Shown one piece after another: positions 23,539 through 31,701 of a DNA stretch of 31,701 nucleotides (position 1 is the first letter of the stretch; each line of letters opens with the position of its first letter). Origin of the DNA: Patescibacteria group bacterium (GTDB lineage: Bacteria; Patescibacteriota; Microgenomatia; UBA8517). The position numbers were made by a program, and so were the translations under genes. The notes beneath the pieces were generated by a model. It was given only the letters and a program-made list of their open reading frames with translations. It made no database searches and was not told where the DNA came from. The DNA lies in NCBI GenBank assembly GCA_038061545.1, contig JBBTZE010000087.1:1-31701 (forward strand), written 5' to 3'.

Positions 23539-24300
23539 ATGCACAAACTAAAAAGAATACTAAAAAATAAAGCCGGAAGAAGACTTGGAAGAGTCTCCGT
23601 TCGCCATCAAGGTGGCCGCGAAAAAAGGCAATTACGCTTAATCGACTTTAAAAGAAACAAGCTTGAAGTTTGGGCAAGAGTTGAGGTCATTGAATACGAT
23701 CCAAACAGAAACGCCGAGATTGCGTTAGTCGTATACGTTGACGGAGAAAGAAGGTATATTTTAGCCCCCGTTGGGCTTAAAATGGGAGATCGCGTGGTGA
23801 GCTCTGAAAGCGCGCCAATTGAGCCCGGTAACACCCTTCCCTTGAGCGCGATTCCGGTTGGAACTCAAATTCATAATATTGAAATTAGGCTCGGAAAAGG
23901 TGGACAGGTAGTTAAAAGCGCAGGCTCATTTGCAGTTATTTTTGGAAGAGAAGAAGAATACGTTTTGGTTAAACTTCCATCAGGGGAAATTAGGAGATTT
24001 AATCCAAAGGCCTATGCCTCAATCGGACAAGTTGGCAATGTTGAGCATAAAAATGAAATTATCGGAAAAGCCGGAAGAAGAAGGCACATGGGAGTGCGTC
24101 CAACTGTAAGAGGAGTTGCCCAACATCCTGATTCCCATCCACACGGTGGAGGAGAAGGCAGATCTGGAGTCGGTATGAAGCATCCAAAGACTGTTTACGG
24201 TAAAAGTGCCGTTGGAAACACCCGAAACAAAATGAAATATTCCAATCGCTTGATTGCTCAAAAAAGAAAGGGAGCAAAAGGAGTAGTAGCCAGTAAATAA
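23539..24300 (+). CDS. rplB: 50S ribosomal protein L2 (short N-terminus)
   Basis: [31 protein letters not shown]. Start moved to ATG 23539 because the upstream in-frame part is the 73-bp repeat. Confidence 0.97.
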   Translation: MHKLKRILKNKAGRRLGRVSVRHQGGREKRQLRLIDFKRNKLEVWARVEVIEYDPNRNAEIALVVYVDGERRYILAPVGLKMGDRVVSSESAPIEPGNTLPLSAIPVGTQIHNIEIRLGKGGQVVKSAGSFAVIFGREEEYVLVKLPSGEIRRFNPKAYASIGQVGNVEHKNEIIGKAGRRRHMGVRPTVRGVAQHPDSHPHGGGEGRSGVGMKHPKTVYGKSAVGNTRNKMKYSNRLIAQKRKGAKGVVASK

Positions 24301-24302
24301 AT

Positions 24303-24584
24303 ATGTCACGATCAAATAAAAAGGGACCATACGTTGACCCAATCTTAGTTAAAAAGATTGAAAAAGGTATGGGGACAAAAGAAAACCCAATCAAAACTTG
24401 GTCAAGGGGTTCCCAAATCGCGCCTAGTTTTGTGGGTAAATATTTCCAAATCCACAACGGTCGCATCTTTATTGACGTATTTATAACTGAAGATATGGTT
24501 GGTCACAGACTCGGCGAGTTTGCTGCAACCCGCACATTCAGAGGACATGGAGAAATTGTAAAGAGAACACAGGACAAGACCTAA
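24303..24584 (+). CDS. rpsS: 30S ribosomal protein S19
   Basis: [23 protein letters not shown]. Confidence 0.97.
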   Translation: MSRSNKKGPYVDPILVKKIEKGMGTKENPIKTWSRGSQIAPSFVGKYFQIHNGRIFIDVFITEDMVGHRLGEFAATRTFRGHGEIVKRTQDKT

Positions 24585-24588
24585 CATT

Positions 24589-24951
24589 ATGGAAAAAACA
24601 TACATCAGTACACAAAAATATTTGATAACAAGCCCAAGAAAATTGAGACTAGTGGCCGTTATGGTCAAAAAGTTAAAGCCGGTAACTGCAATTGAACAAA
24701 TGCCTTTTATCGCAAAGCGCGCATCCGAGCCACTGCTTAAAGTAATTAAAACAGCAGTTGCTAATGCAAGGAATCTTGGAGCATCCGATACCGATTTAAT
24801 TTTCAAAGAAATTCAAATTGGTGAAGGACCAAGACTTAAGCGCGGAAGAGCGGCAAGCAGAGGACGCTGGCACCCATATGCAAAGAGAATGTCACACATA
24901 AGAGTAGTTCTAACAACAAAAGCAAAAATCAAAAATGGGACAAAAAGTTAA
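24589..24951 (+). CDS. rplV: 50S ribosomal protein L22
   Basis: SPRKLRLV, AVANA, GPRLKR, KRMSHI. Confidence 0.96.
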   Translation: MEKTYISTQKYLITSPRKLRLVAVMVKKLKPVTAIEQMPFIAKRASEPLLKVIKTAVANARNLGASDTDLIFKEIQIGEGPRLKRGRAASRGRWHPYAKRMSHIRVVLTTKAKIKNGTKS

Positions 24952-25591
24952 TCCAATCGGCATAAGAATAGGAACATTTTTACCTTGGAGATCAAGGTGG
25001 TTTTCCGACTCTGCAACATTTAAGGATTTCTTACTTGAGGACATTAAAATAAGACGTGGACTTACGGAAAAGCTAAAGCTTGCAGGAGTAACGGGAGTAG
25101 AAATCGAAAGACTTCCAAAAAGTTTGGTAATTGTGATTACAGTTTCAAGGCCGGGTGTGGTTATTGGTAGGGGAGGCTCAGGAATTGAAGACGTCAAAAA
25201 GTTTGTTCTTGAGATCATCAAAAAAGTCCGCGGCAAGAATCTTAAGGATGTTAAGATTGATATTCGTATTAACGAGGTCAAAAATCCCGAAATTTCGGCC
25301 CAACTTGTGGCAGAAAGAATAGTGTCCGAAATGGAAAGAAGAATTCCCCACAGACGCGCAGTTACAAAAGCGATCGAAAGAGTTATGAGCTCGGGTGCTA
25401 ATGGGATTAAAGTTACCTTAAGCGGACGCGTGGGCGGTGCCGAAACTTCAAGAACAGAAAAGTTCAAAGCAGGTTCGGTTCCAACACAAACCTTAAGAGA
25501 AAGTATCGATTATGCACAGGTTCCCGCAGCTTTAAAAAGAGGATATGTCGGAGTCAAAGTCTGGGTGCATAAGAAGGGGGAAAGCCAGTAA
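24935..25591 (+). CDS. rpsC: 30S ribosomal protein S3
   Basis: MGQKVNPIG, SRPGVVIGRGG, GIKVTLSGRVGGAE. Confidence 0.97.
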   Translation: MGQKVNPIGIRIGTFLPWRSRWFSDSATFKDFLLEDIKIRRGLTEKLKLAGVTGVEIERLPKSLVIVITVSRPGVVIGRGGSGIEDVKKFVLEIIKKVRGKNLKDVKIDIRINEVKNPEISAQLVAERIVSEMERRIPHRRAVTKAIERVMSSGANGIKVTLSGRVGGAETSRTEKFKAGSVPTQTLRESIDYAQVPAALKRGYVGVKVWVHKKGESQ

Positions 25592-25667
25592 TTAGTAAAT
25601 AGCCATTAGATATTAGTAAAAACTAATGTCTAAGCTAATAACTAACTACTAATCGCTAATTACTAAA
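25589..25667. repeat. AT-rich degenerate palindrome of ATTAG/CTAAT units
   Basis: Three ATTAG motifs followed by several CTAAT/CTAA motifs around a central ATTAGT-AAAA-ACTAAT. Confidence 0.5.
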
Positions 25668-25669
25668 CT

Positions 25670-26086
25670 ATGTTACAACCAAAAAGAAGAAAATATATAA
25701 AAGAGTTTAGAGGAAGAAGAAGGGGTTTGGCCACCCGCGGCAATACTTTGGCTTTTGGTGACTTTGGTCTTAAAGCCCAGGAAGTTGCTTGGGTGACATC
25801 GGCACAGATTGAGGCTGCCAGACGCGCAGCCACACACGCTCTTAAAAAAGGTGGAAGAGTTTGGATCAGGATTTTCCCGGATAAACCAATTACCAGCCGT
25901 CCCGCGGGAAAGCGAATGGGAAGCGGAAAAGGTGAAATTTCAACTTATGTGGCTGTTGTTAAACCGGGTGCCATTATGTTTGAGATTGCCGGGGCAACTG
26001 CGGATGTTGTCAAAATTGCATTTCATAAAGCCGCAGCAAAGTTGCCAATTGCCACCAAAATAGTAAGTAGGGAAAACAGTTCCTGA
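25670..26086 (+). CDS. rplP: 50S ribosomal protein L16
   Basis: MLQPKRRKY, QIEAARRA, WIRIFPDKP, RMGSGKG. Confidence 0.97.
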   Translation: MLQPKRRKYIKEFRGRRRGLATRGNTLAFGDFGLKAQEVAWVTSAQIEAARRAATHALKKGGRVWIRIFPDKPITSRPAGKRMGSGKGEISTYVAVVKPGAIMFEIAGATADVVKIAFHKAAAKLPIATKIVSRENSS

Positions 26087-26128
26087 AATAGGCGTAGCAT
26101 ATTGTTACGTAACAAGTTCAGGATGACA
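26081..26128. repeat. CCTGAA/TTCAGG hairpin element with internal insert
   Basis: TCCTGAAA...ACAAGTTCAGGATGAC. Contains the rplP stop and the perfect palindrome TTGTTACGTAACAA. Confidence 0.55.
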
Positions 26129-26132
26129 TAAA

Positions 26133-26333
26133 ATGAAGACAAAAGAATTTAAAGATTTAAAAGGTAAAAAAATAGAGGATTTGGCAAAGTTGATTGTAGC
26201 CAAAAAGCTTGAGCATGCCAAAGCAAAGGCCAAAATGGCACAAGGAAACGAGAAAAATCTTAAACTGGCCAAGAATTTAAGGCTGGATATTGCTAGAATA
26301 GCAACTCTGATTACAGAAAAATCATTTATATGA
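26133..26333 (+). CDS. rpmC: 50S ribosomal protein L29
   Basis: 66 aa, LRLDIARIAT, and operon position. Confidence 0.9.
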   Translation: MKTKEFKDLKGKKIEDLAKLIVAKKLEHAKAKAKMAQGNEKNLKLAKNLRLDIARIATLITEKSFI

Positions 26334-26587
26334 AAATATTTATCGGACGCGTCATTAGTACAAAACGGTTGAAAACCGCTACTGTCACAGTGGAAAATAT
26401 TGTTATTCATCCTTTATACAAGAAAAGATTCAGAAGACTAAGGAAATATTCAGTACACGACGATAAGGGGGTAAAAGTAGGGGACACGGTCAAATTCATA
26501 ACAACCAGGCCATATTCAAAAACAGTCAGATGGGCAATCACCGAGATTGTAGAGAACAAGAATAAAAAGAAAGTCCCAGTGAGATAG
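26330..26587 (+). CDS. rpsQ: 30S ribosomal protein S17
   Basis: GRVIS, HPLYKKR, VGDTV, RPYSKTVRW. Confidence 0.95.
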   Translation: MKIFIGRVISTKRLKTATVTVENIVIHPLYKKRFRRLRKYSVHDDKGVKVGDTVKFITTRPYSKTVRWAITEIVENKNKKKVPVR

Positions 26588-26645
26588 CATAAAATGCATC
26601 TCACGGGATCCCGTTAGATGCTCTGAAAGAGCTATCTAACTGGGA
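26573..26645. repeat. 73-bp double-hairpin element, copy 2
   Basis: 70/73 identical to 23456-23528. Supplies the rpsQ stop codon. Confidence 0.9.
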
Positions 26646-26667
26646 GAGGAATGATAAATAAAAAAAT

Positions 26668-27033
26668 ATGTTGCAATTAAGAAGCATGATAACGCCAGCC
26701 GATAATAGTGGAGCCAAGAAACTCATGATTATTGGTGTTCCCGGAAGAATTGGGAAAGTAGCCTCTTTGGGACAAGTAGTTCTTTGTGTAGTCAGAGGTG
26801 CCGATTCAGGAGGAGTTTTGGCGGATCACGAAAAAGTTAACGTTTTGATCGTAAGAACAAGAAAAGAAGTTGGAAGAAAAGACGGAACCTACATTCGTTT
26901 TGACGATAACGCGGGAGTTGTTATTGATAAACAAGGATTACCCCGTGGAACCCGAGTTTTGGGGCCCGTAGCCCGTGAAGTTAAAGAAGTTGGATACAAC
27001 AAAATTGCATCACTTGCCAGAGAAGTCGTGTAA
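26668..27033 (+). CDS. rplN: 50S ribosomal protein L14
   Basis: ADNSGAK, IRFDDNAGV, GTRVLGPVARE, KIASLAREV. Confidence 0.97.
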   Translation: MLQLRSMITPADNSGAKKLMIIGVPGRIGKVASLGQVVLCVVRGADSGGVLADHEKVNVLIVRTRKEVGRKDGTYIRFDDNAGVVIDKQGLPRGTRVLGPVAREVKEVGYNKIASLAREVV

Positions 27034-27037
27034 GTCA

Positions 27038-27060
27038 GATCCTGAAATGAATTCAGGAAT
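27038..27060. repeat. CCTGAA/TTCAGG hairpin element, short form
   Basis: TCCTGAA-ATGAA-TTCAGGA just after the rplN stop. Confidence 0.55.
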
Positions 27061-27066
27061 AAATAT

Positions 27067-27372
27067 ATGTTGAAATTTAAAACAGGGGACACAGTAAAAG
27101 TAACAGCAGGAAAAAGCAAAGGTTTTGAGGGTAAAATTGAAAAAATTAACCCTGAAAATATGACGGCTATTGTGCCTGGTGCCAATCTTTACAAAAGAGC
27201 CATTAAAACTCAAGGAGATGTAAAAGGCGGAATGTACGATATTCCAAGAGCGCTCTCATTTGGCAAAATTGCAGTAATTTGCCCAAAATGTAAAAAAATG
27301 ACCAGAATTGGGTTTAAATTCGCGGGTGACGAAAAGATCCGGATTTGTAGAAAGTGCGGAAAGGAAATCTAA
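27067..27372 (+). CDS. rplX: 50S ribosomal protein L24 (with CxxC/CxxC tail)
   Basis: GDTVKVTAGKSKG KOW motif, CPKC...TRIG...CRKC. Confidence 0.95.
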   Translation: MLKFKTGDTVKVTAGKSKGFEGKIEKINPENMTAIVPGANLYKRAIKTQGDVKGGMYDIPRALSFGKIAVICPKCKKMTRIGFKFAGDEKIRICRKCGKEI

Positions 27373-27376
27373 CTTT

Positions 27377-27934
27377 ATGACAAAATCAAGATTACAAGAA
27401 AAATACGAAAAAGAAATTAAAAAGACTCTGGCTTCCGAGTTTGCCATCAAAAACACAATGGCGACTCCAAAACTTGTCAAAGTTGTTATTAATATGGGAG
27501 TAGGAAATGTGGCCAAAAACGAGAAGGGTTTAGCCGATCTCAAACGTGACTTTGCACTTGTTGCGGGACAGATGCCATCCGTACGTGCCGCAAAAGTTTC
27601 AATCGCATCCTTTGGCCTTCGTGCCGGAATGCCGGTTGGATTATCCGTTACATTAAGAGGAGGACATATGTATTCGTTCCTGGACAGGCTCTTTTCTGTT
27701 ACACTTCCACGTCTCCGCGATTTCAGGGGAGTAACGGCCTCCAGCTTTGATAAACAAGGAAATTACACATTGGGCTTAACCGAGCACACGGTATTCCCTG
27801 AGATTGATATAAGCAAATCCGCCCCCGCACATGGAATGGAAATTACGGTTGTAACAACCGCCGGAAACATCGAAAGATCCAAGAGATTGCTTGAGTTACT
27901 TGGATGCCCTTTTGAGAAGGGAGAACAAAAATGA
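27377..27934 (+). CDS. rplE: 50S ribosomal protein L5
   Basis: [37 protein letters not shown] at 27377. Confidence 0.97.
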   Translation: MTKSRLQEKYEKEIKKTLASEFAIKNTMATPKLVKVVINMGVGNVAKNEKGLADLKRDFALVAGQMPSVRAAKVSIASFGLRAGMPVGLSVTLRGGHMYSFLDRLFSVTLPRLRDFRGVTASSFDKQGNYTLGLTEHTVFPEIDISKSAPAHGMEITVVTTAGNIERSKRLLELLGCPFEKGEQK

Positions 27935-28116
27935 GCACAACAGCAAAAGAAGTAAGAGAATCAAAGAAATTAAAATTTTCGGTGCGGTACAGAAACAGAT
28001 GCCGTCTTTGCGGACGTGGCCGAGGCTACATGAGAAAATTCGGACTTTGTAGATTATGCTTTAGGGAACATGCCATGCGCGGCGAAATCCCGGGAGTTAG
28101 AAAGGCCAGTTGGTAA
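27931..28116 (+). CDS. rpsN: 30S ribosomal protein S14, zinc-binding type
   Basis: 61 aa, RCRLCGR...[16 protein letters not shown]. Confidence 0.97.
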   Translation: MSTTAKEVRESKKLKFSVRYRNRCRLCGRGRGYMRKFGLCRLCFREHAMRGEIPGVRKASW

Positions 28117-28118
28117 TC

Positions 28119-28136
28119 AATATAAGCGAAGCTTGA
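28119..28136 (+). repeat. 18-bp repeat with GCGAAGC mini-hairpin, copy 2
   Basis: Identical to 2474-2491. Confidence 0.7.
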
Positions 28137-28146
28137 AATATACATT

Positions 28147-28539
28147 ATGAAAAAACTAACCAGAACAAATTATTCAATCGGTGACTTTTTGATAAGAATC
28201 AAAAATGCAGGCATGGCCGGAAACAAAGAGGTTGTGGCCGTTACTAACACTAAAGTTGCAGCTCTTGCCAACACCTTAAAGAAAATGAGAATTTTGGATA
28301 CTGTAGCCGTCAAGGATGGGCTTATTACAGTAACCCTAGCATTCCAAGACAAAAAGCCGGTACTAATGGACCTCCGGCTTGTAAGTAAGCCCGGACTCAG
28401 GATTTACATGACAATAGCAGATATTGAAGCCAAGCGCGGACCATCAACATTTGTGATCTCTACGCCAAAGGGCGTACTATCGTCTAAAGAAGCCAAAAAA
28501 CTAAGAGTAGGCGGAGAAGTAATCGCAGAAATCTGGTAG
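28147..28539 (+). CDS. rpsH: 30S ribosomal protein S8
   Basis: IGDFLIRIKNA, VSKPGLRIY, ISTPKGV, GGEVIAEIW. Confidence 0.96.
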   Translation: MKKLTRTNYSIGDFLIRIKNAGMAGNKEVVAVTNTKVAALANTLKKMRILDTVAVKDGLITVTLAFQDKKPVLMDLRLVSKPGLRIYMTIADIEAKRGPSTFVISTPKGVLSSKEAKKLRVGGEVIAEIW

Positions 28540-28555
28540 TTCGGTTTCACTCACT

Positions 28556-29104
28556 ATGTCAAAAATCGGAAAACAACCAATCTTAATTCCAACAGACACA
28601 ACCGTCACAGCCACCGGCCAGGAGGTTGCCGTTAAAGGGCCAAAAGGGGAGCTTGTTAGGACTTTTCCAAGAGAGGTTGAAGTAAAGGTTGAGGAGGGGA
28701 ATGTTCTAGTAACCAGAAAAGGCAATAGTAAAACCTCCCTTACAATGCACGGAACCTGGAGATCCCTGATCAATAATATGGTAATTGGAGTTAGCAAAGG
28801 CTGGGTAAAACAACTTGAGCTTGTAGGAACCGGGTTTAGGGCAGATACAACAGGAAAATCCCTAAACCTAATCGTTGGTTACTCACATACTGTCAAAATT
28901 GAGGCACCCGAGGGCATAAATTTTAAAGTAGAAAAAATGATAATTACAGTTGAGGGAATAGACAAAGAAGTAGTGGGGCAAGTGGCCTCCGACATTAGAG
29001 CAGTAAGGCCCCCTGAGCCTTATAAAGGTAAGGGAGTAAAATACACAGACGAAGTTATAAGAAGGAAAGCAGGTAAAGCAGCCGCAAAGGCAACAACAGC
29101 TTAA
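28556..29104 (+). CDS. rplF: 50S ribosomal protein L6
   Basis: [28 protein letters not shown]. Confidence 0.97.
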   Translation: MSKIGKQPILIPTDTTVTATGQEVAVKGPKGELVRTFPREVEVKVEEGNVLVTRKGNSKTSLTMHGTWRSLINNMVIGVSKGWVKQLELVGTGFRADTTGKSLNLIVGYSHTVKIEAPEGINFKVEKMIITVEGIDKEVVGQVASDIRAVRPPEPYKGKGVKYTDEVIRRKAGKAAAKATTA

Positions 29105-29130
29105 ATAATATAGAAAGGAAACAAACAACA

Positions 29131-29484
29131 GTGAAAACCGAGAACATAAAGCAAAAAAGATACGATCAAAGAAAAAGAAGAGTCAGGGCCAAGATTTCGG
29201 GTAATGCCGCTAGGCCCAGACTTTCGGTTTACAGGTCCCTAAAGCATATTTATGCTCAAATCATAGATGATGACAAAGGGATAACTTTAGTCGCATCAAG
29301 CGACCTAACGGTAAAAGGCAAAAACAAAAAATTAGATTCAGCATCTTTGGTGGGGGAAGATTTAGCCAAAAAAGCAATTACAAAGAAAATTAAAAAAGTA
29401 GCTTTTGATAAAGGCGCATCACGTTTTCATGGTAGAGTAAAAGCTTTGGCAGAAGGAGCCAGAAAAGGAGGGCTCGATTTTTAA
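29131..29484 (+). CDS. rplR: 50S ribosomal protein L18
   Basis: [36 protein letters not shown] start. Confidence 0.96.
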   Translation: MKTENIKQKRYDQRKRRVRAKISGNAARPRLSVYRSLKHIYAQIIDDDKGITLVASSDLTVKGKNKKLDSASLVGEDLAKKAITKKIKKVAFDKGASRFHGRVKALAEGARKGGLDF

Positions 29485-29497
29485 TTGATTTACTAAT

Positions 29498-30031
29498 ATG
29501 GGAAGAAATTTTAACAGACAACAAACAGGTTACACACCAGCTGTAAAGGAATTTGAGGAAACAGTTGTTCAAATCAACAGAATTACCAAAAAAACTAAAG
29601 GTGGAAATCAAATGAGATTTTCCGCTCTTGTTGTAATTGGTGACAGAAAAGGAAAAGTGGGAGTAGGAATTGAAAAAGCAAAAGATGTAAGAAGTGCTAT
29701 TCAAAAAGCAATTGCATCTGCAAAGCGTAAGATTATTACAATCACACTTTCCGGTACCACTATCCCCTACTCTGTATTCGAAAAATTCTCAGCTGCAAAA
29801 GTTATGTTAAAACCTGCTCCTCCGGGATCCGGAATTATCGCAGGGGGACCAATGAGAGTAGTACTGGAATCAGCCGGAGTTCGTGACGTTTCAGGAAAGA
29901 TTTTGGGAACCAAAAACAAAATTAGTAATGTCTATGCAACCTTAAAAGCACTTGAGACAATTACCTATATGGACAAAGTTAAAAAGGCCAGAAAATTGGA
30001 TAAGCAAAGCTTGCCATCAGATGGTAAATAA
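29498..30031 (+). CDS. rpsE: 30S ribosomal protein S5
   Basis: KTKGGNQMRFSALVVIGD, PAPPGSGIIAGG. Confidence 0.97.
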   Translation: MGRNFNRQQTGYTPAVKEFEETVVQINRITKKTKGGNQMRFSALVVIGDRKGKVGVGIEKAKDVRSAIQKAIASAKRKIITITLSGTTIPYSVFEKFSAAKVMLKPAPPGSGIIAGGPMRVVLESAGVRDVSGKILGTKNKISNVYATLKALETITYMDKVKKARKLDKQSLPSDGK

Positions 30032-30032
30032 T

Positions 30033-30440
30033 ATGAACTTACAAAAAACAGTAGCAAAAGGTAAAAAGAGATTAGGCAGAGGATACGGTTCTGGTAAAGG
30101 GGGCCACACATCTTCTCGTGGGCAAAAAGGACAAAAAGCAAGAACACATATTGGAATAATGTTTGAGGGAATGAAGATGAAAAAGTCCCTCATCAAACGC
30201 CTTCCATTCCAAAGAGGGAAAGGAAAAAATCATGCATATCCAAAGCCTTTGATTGTCAAAACGTCTAAACTTGCAGGACTTAAAGCAGAAACAAAAGTCA
30301 CAATCGATCTTTTGGTAAAAGAAGGAATAGTCGATGCCAAAATGGCCAAAATGTATGGAGTAAAAGTTTTGAAAGATGTGGAGTTAAAAAACAAATTAGT
30401 CTTCGAAGTCCCTACTTCCAAATCAGTAGTTTCCAAATAA
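30033..30440 (+). CDS. rplO: 50S ribosomal protein L15
   Basis: KRLGRGYGSGKG, RGQKGQKAR, RLPFQRG. ATG at 30033; no rpmD between rpsE and rplO. Confidence 0.95.
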   Translation: MNLQKTVAKGKKRLGRGYGSGKGGHTSSRGQKGQKARTHIGIMFEGMKMKKSLIKRLPFQRGKGKNHAYPKPLIVKTSKLAGLKAETKVTIDLLVKEGIVDAKMAKMYGVKVLKDVELKNKLVFEVPTSKSVVSK

Positions 30441-30529
30441 TTTTCCAAAAACCTCCCCACCATTTTTTGCTCCCATTCCCTTCTTTCCAGTATAAAAATA
30501 AATATAATATTTAAACCTCTTTTCAACGG

Positions 30530-30557
30530 TGCTACACTGATACATAGCACTGTAGCA
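30530..30557. promoter_or_regulatory. Palindromic site upstream of TrpR-like gene 2, overlapping its promoter
   Basis: TGCTACACTGATACATAGCACTGTAGCA. TTTAAA (30510-30515), 17 bp, TACACT (30533-30538) with TG-N. Confidence 0.75.
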
Positions 30558-30559
30558 AC

Positions 30560-31108
30560 ATGGCAAAGATAAAGGGGAGAACTTACTACGAGAGGTCAAA
30601 AAGACCTGAAAAGATTGGGAGAGATGAACAATTAGCGTTGATGTTTGATTTAATTAATGCGTTTAGTTTAGTTAAAACTCCTACAGAAACAGCACTTCTT
30701 TTGAAAGACTTGCTTACAGCCAAGGAAATTAAAAATTTATCCAAAAGATTAAGAATTGCCAAACTTTTATTAAATGAAGTTACAGAAAGAGAAATTGCAG
30801 AAGAACTACACTGCAGTTTTGCAACGATCTCAAAAGTAAATATTTGGTTAAGCGAAGGCGGAGAGGGCTTAAGGAATGTAATTTCTAAACTTCCTGCAAA
30901 ATATAAAATTCCAGTGAATTTACCGAGAGTTCCGCTTGAATTCCAAATTCCAAAATTGATTTTAACTTTAGCAACAAACTCCAAAGCTATTGATCAGAAA
31001 GAACTATTGGAAAACTTTGCCAGAGGAGTCACTTCAAAAGAGTATTCAGACAAGACTTTGCAGGAGGAGTCTGATCTTCATTATCAGTCTAAAAAGAAAC
31101 CCTCCTAA
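30560..31108 (+). CDS. TrpR-like (YerC/YecD family) HTH protein, paralog 2
   Basis: LLKDLLTAKEIKNLSKRLRIAKLL...TEREIAEELHCSFATISKV. Confidence 0.85.
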   Translation: MAKIKGRTYYERSKRPEKIGRDEQLALMFDLINAFSLVKTPTETALLLKDLLTAKEIKNLSKRLRIAKLLLNEVTEREIAEELHCSFATISKVNIWLSEGGEGLRNVISKLPAKYKIPVNLPRVPLEFQIPKLILTLATNSKAIDQKELLENFARGVTSKEYSDKTLQEESDLHYQSKKKPS

Positions 31109-31112
31109 CTTC

Positions 31113-31138
31113 GCTACAGTGATACGTAGCACTGTAGC
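31113..31138. promoter_or_regulatory. Palindromic site downstream of TrpR-like gene 2
   Basis: GCTACAGTGATACGTAGCACTGTAGC, 24/26 identical to 30531-30556 in direct orientation. Confidence 0.75.
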
Positions 31139-31202
31139 AAATAGAATTGATTTATTAATAAAATTAAGTGCGCATGGGAATTTGGTGAGATTTTGCCAAC
31201 AA

Positions 31203-31249
31203 AAAGGCGCTTTTCTATATTCACAGGTGTGAACTAGTTAAGCGCCTTT
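31203..31249. terminator. Hairpin between convergent genes (possible bidirectional terminator)
   Basis: AAAGGCGCTT...AAGCGCCTTT outer stem with inner TTCAC-AGGT-GTGAA. Confidence 0.55.
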
Positions 31250-31267
31250 CTGCACTTCAAATTTATT

Positions 31268-31594
31268 TTACATTTTTGCGACGATAATTCGTGCTATAAC
31301 CCACCAAAGCAAAACTTCGGCAGTAAGCACAACTGGCGTGAACGGATCAAGAAATATGCTGTGGTAGGTTGCCCAAACTAATATTCCGATGATCAATGTC
31401 ACAACAAAGAGTTGTAGTGGTTTGACAAACCAAGGCCGAATTGGCAACGGTTTAACTAAACCATGCCCTTCCCAGGTCATAGCCAGATCGTAATTCTTTC
31501 GATCGAGTTCAGTCATCTTCCCTGAGCGGAATAATAGTACATACTTGTCATGGTTCCGTTGTCTAGCCTTCGAGCTTAAAATTCTTGTACCCAT
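31268..31594 (-). CDS. Hypothetical membrane protein (two C-terminal TM helices)
   Basis: AGGAG RBS before ATG 31594. Two hydrophobic stretches at the C-terminus. Confidence 0.6.
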   Translation of the reverse strand: MGTRILSSKARQRNHDKYVLLFRSGKMTELDRKNYDLAMTWEGHGLVKPLPIRPWFVKPLQLFVVTLIIGILVWATYHSIFLDPFTPVVLTAEVLLWWVIARIIVAKM

Positions 31595-31701
31595 TTTTTC
31601 TCCTTTTGTGAACATGATTTGATTAAATGTGTAGCCCTTTAGGCACCAGTTGTTACTGACACCCAAGAGGCTACACACCCGCGAGGAGAAAATTGCTCCT
31701 A

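Noticed and set aside
29498-30440. Missing rpmD (L30) and missing rplKAJL before rpoB
   Set aside because: Loss of uL30 is established for CPR bacteria and rplKAJL may lie elsewhere; not novel.
30441-30550. Purine-rich minus-strand frame (ILERREWEQKMVGRFLEN) after rplO
   Set aside because: Continues antisense into rplO, with no recognisable family or start signals.
15386-31138. CRISPR array from the palindromic repeats
   Set aside because: Only pairs of repeats separated by whole genes, with no regular spacers and no cas genes.
31164-31191. AGTGCGCAT resembling the XerC arm of dif
   Set aside because: No XerD arm (TTATGTTAAAT-like) at the required spacing.
31231-31241. GAACTAGTTAA, matching the left part of the E. 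coli trp operator, near a TrpR-like gene
   Set aside because: Right arm absent, it lies inside a terminator-like stem, and the gene's own flanking sites are different.

Overview
AT-rich bacterial core-genome window, most likely from a Patescibacteria/CPR organism (Microgenomates-like). This assignment is an inference from the compact AlaRS, absence of rpmD, N-terminally short L2, TrpR-like paralogs and few Shine-Dalgarno sites. Gene order: RelE/YefM-type toxin-antitoxin pair, alaS, a large membrane protein, sortase, RuvX/YqgF, mltG, rpoBC, a fragmented str operon (rpsL-rpsG, fusA, tuf), rpsJ, and the S10/spc cluster from rplC to rplO. About eight small accessory ORFs are wedged between core genes. 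Four observations stand out. (1) The last 9 codons of rpsJ are repeated 129 bp downstream, with identical amino acids but every degenerate codon changed. (2) Two different TrpR/YerC-like genes are each bracketed by their own pair of 26-28 bp palindromic sites. (3) At least five families of small hairpin (REP/RPE-like) elements sit at stop codons or in frame inside alaS and rplC, one nested inside another. (4) Normally near-invariant motifs are substituted in EF-G (NKLN), RpoC (GADFDGD), the RpoB rifampicin pocket and S12 (K42R). No tRNA, rRNA, CRISPR array, transposase or integrase was recognised.
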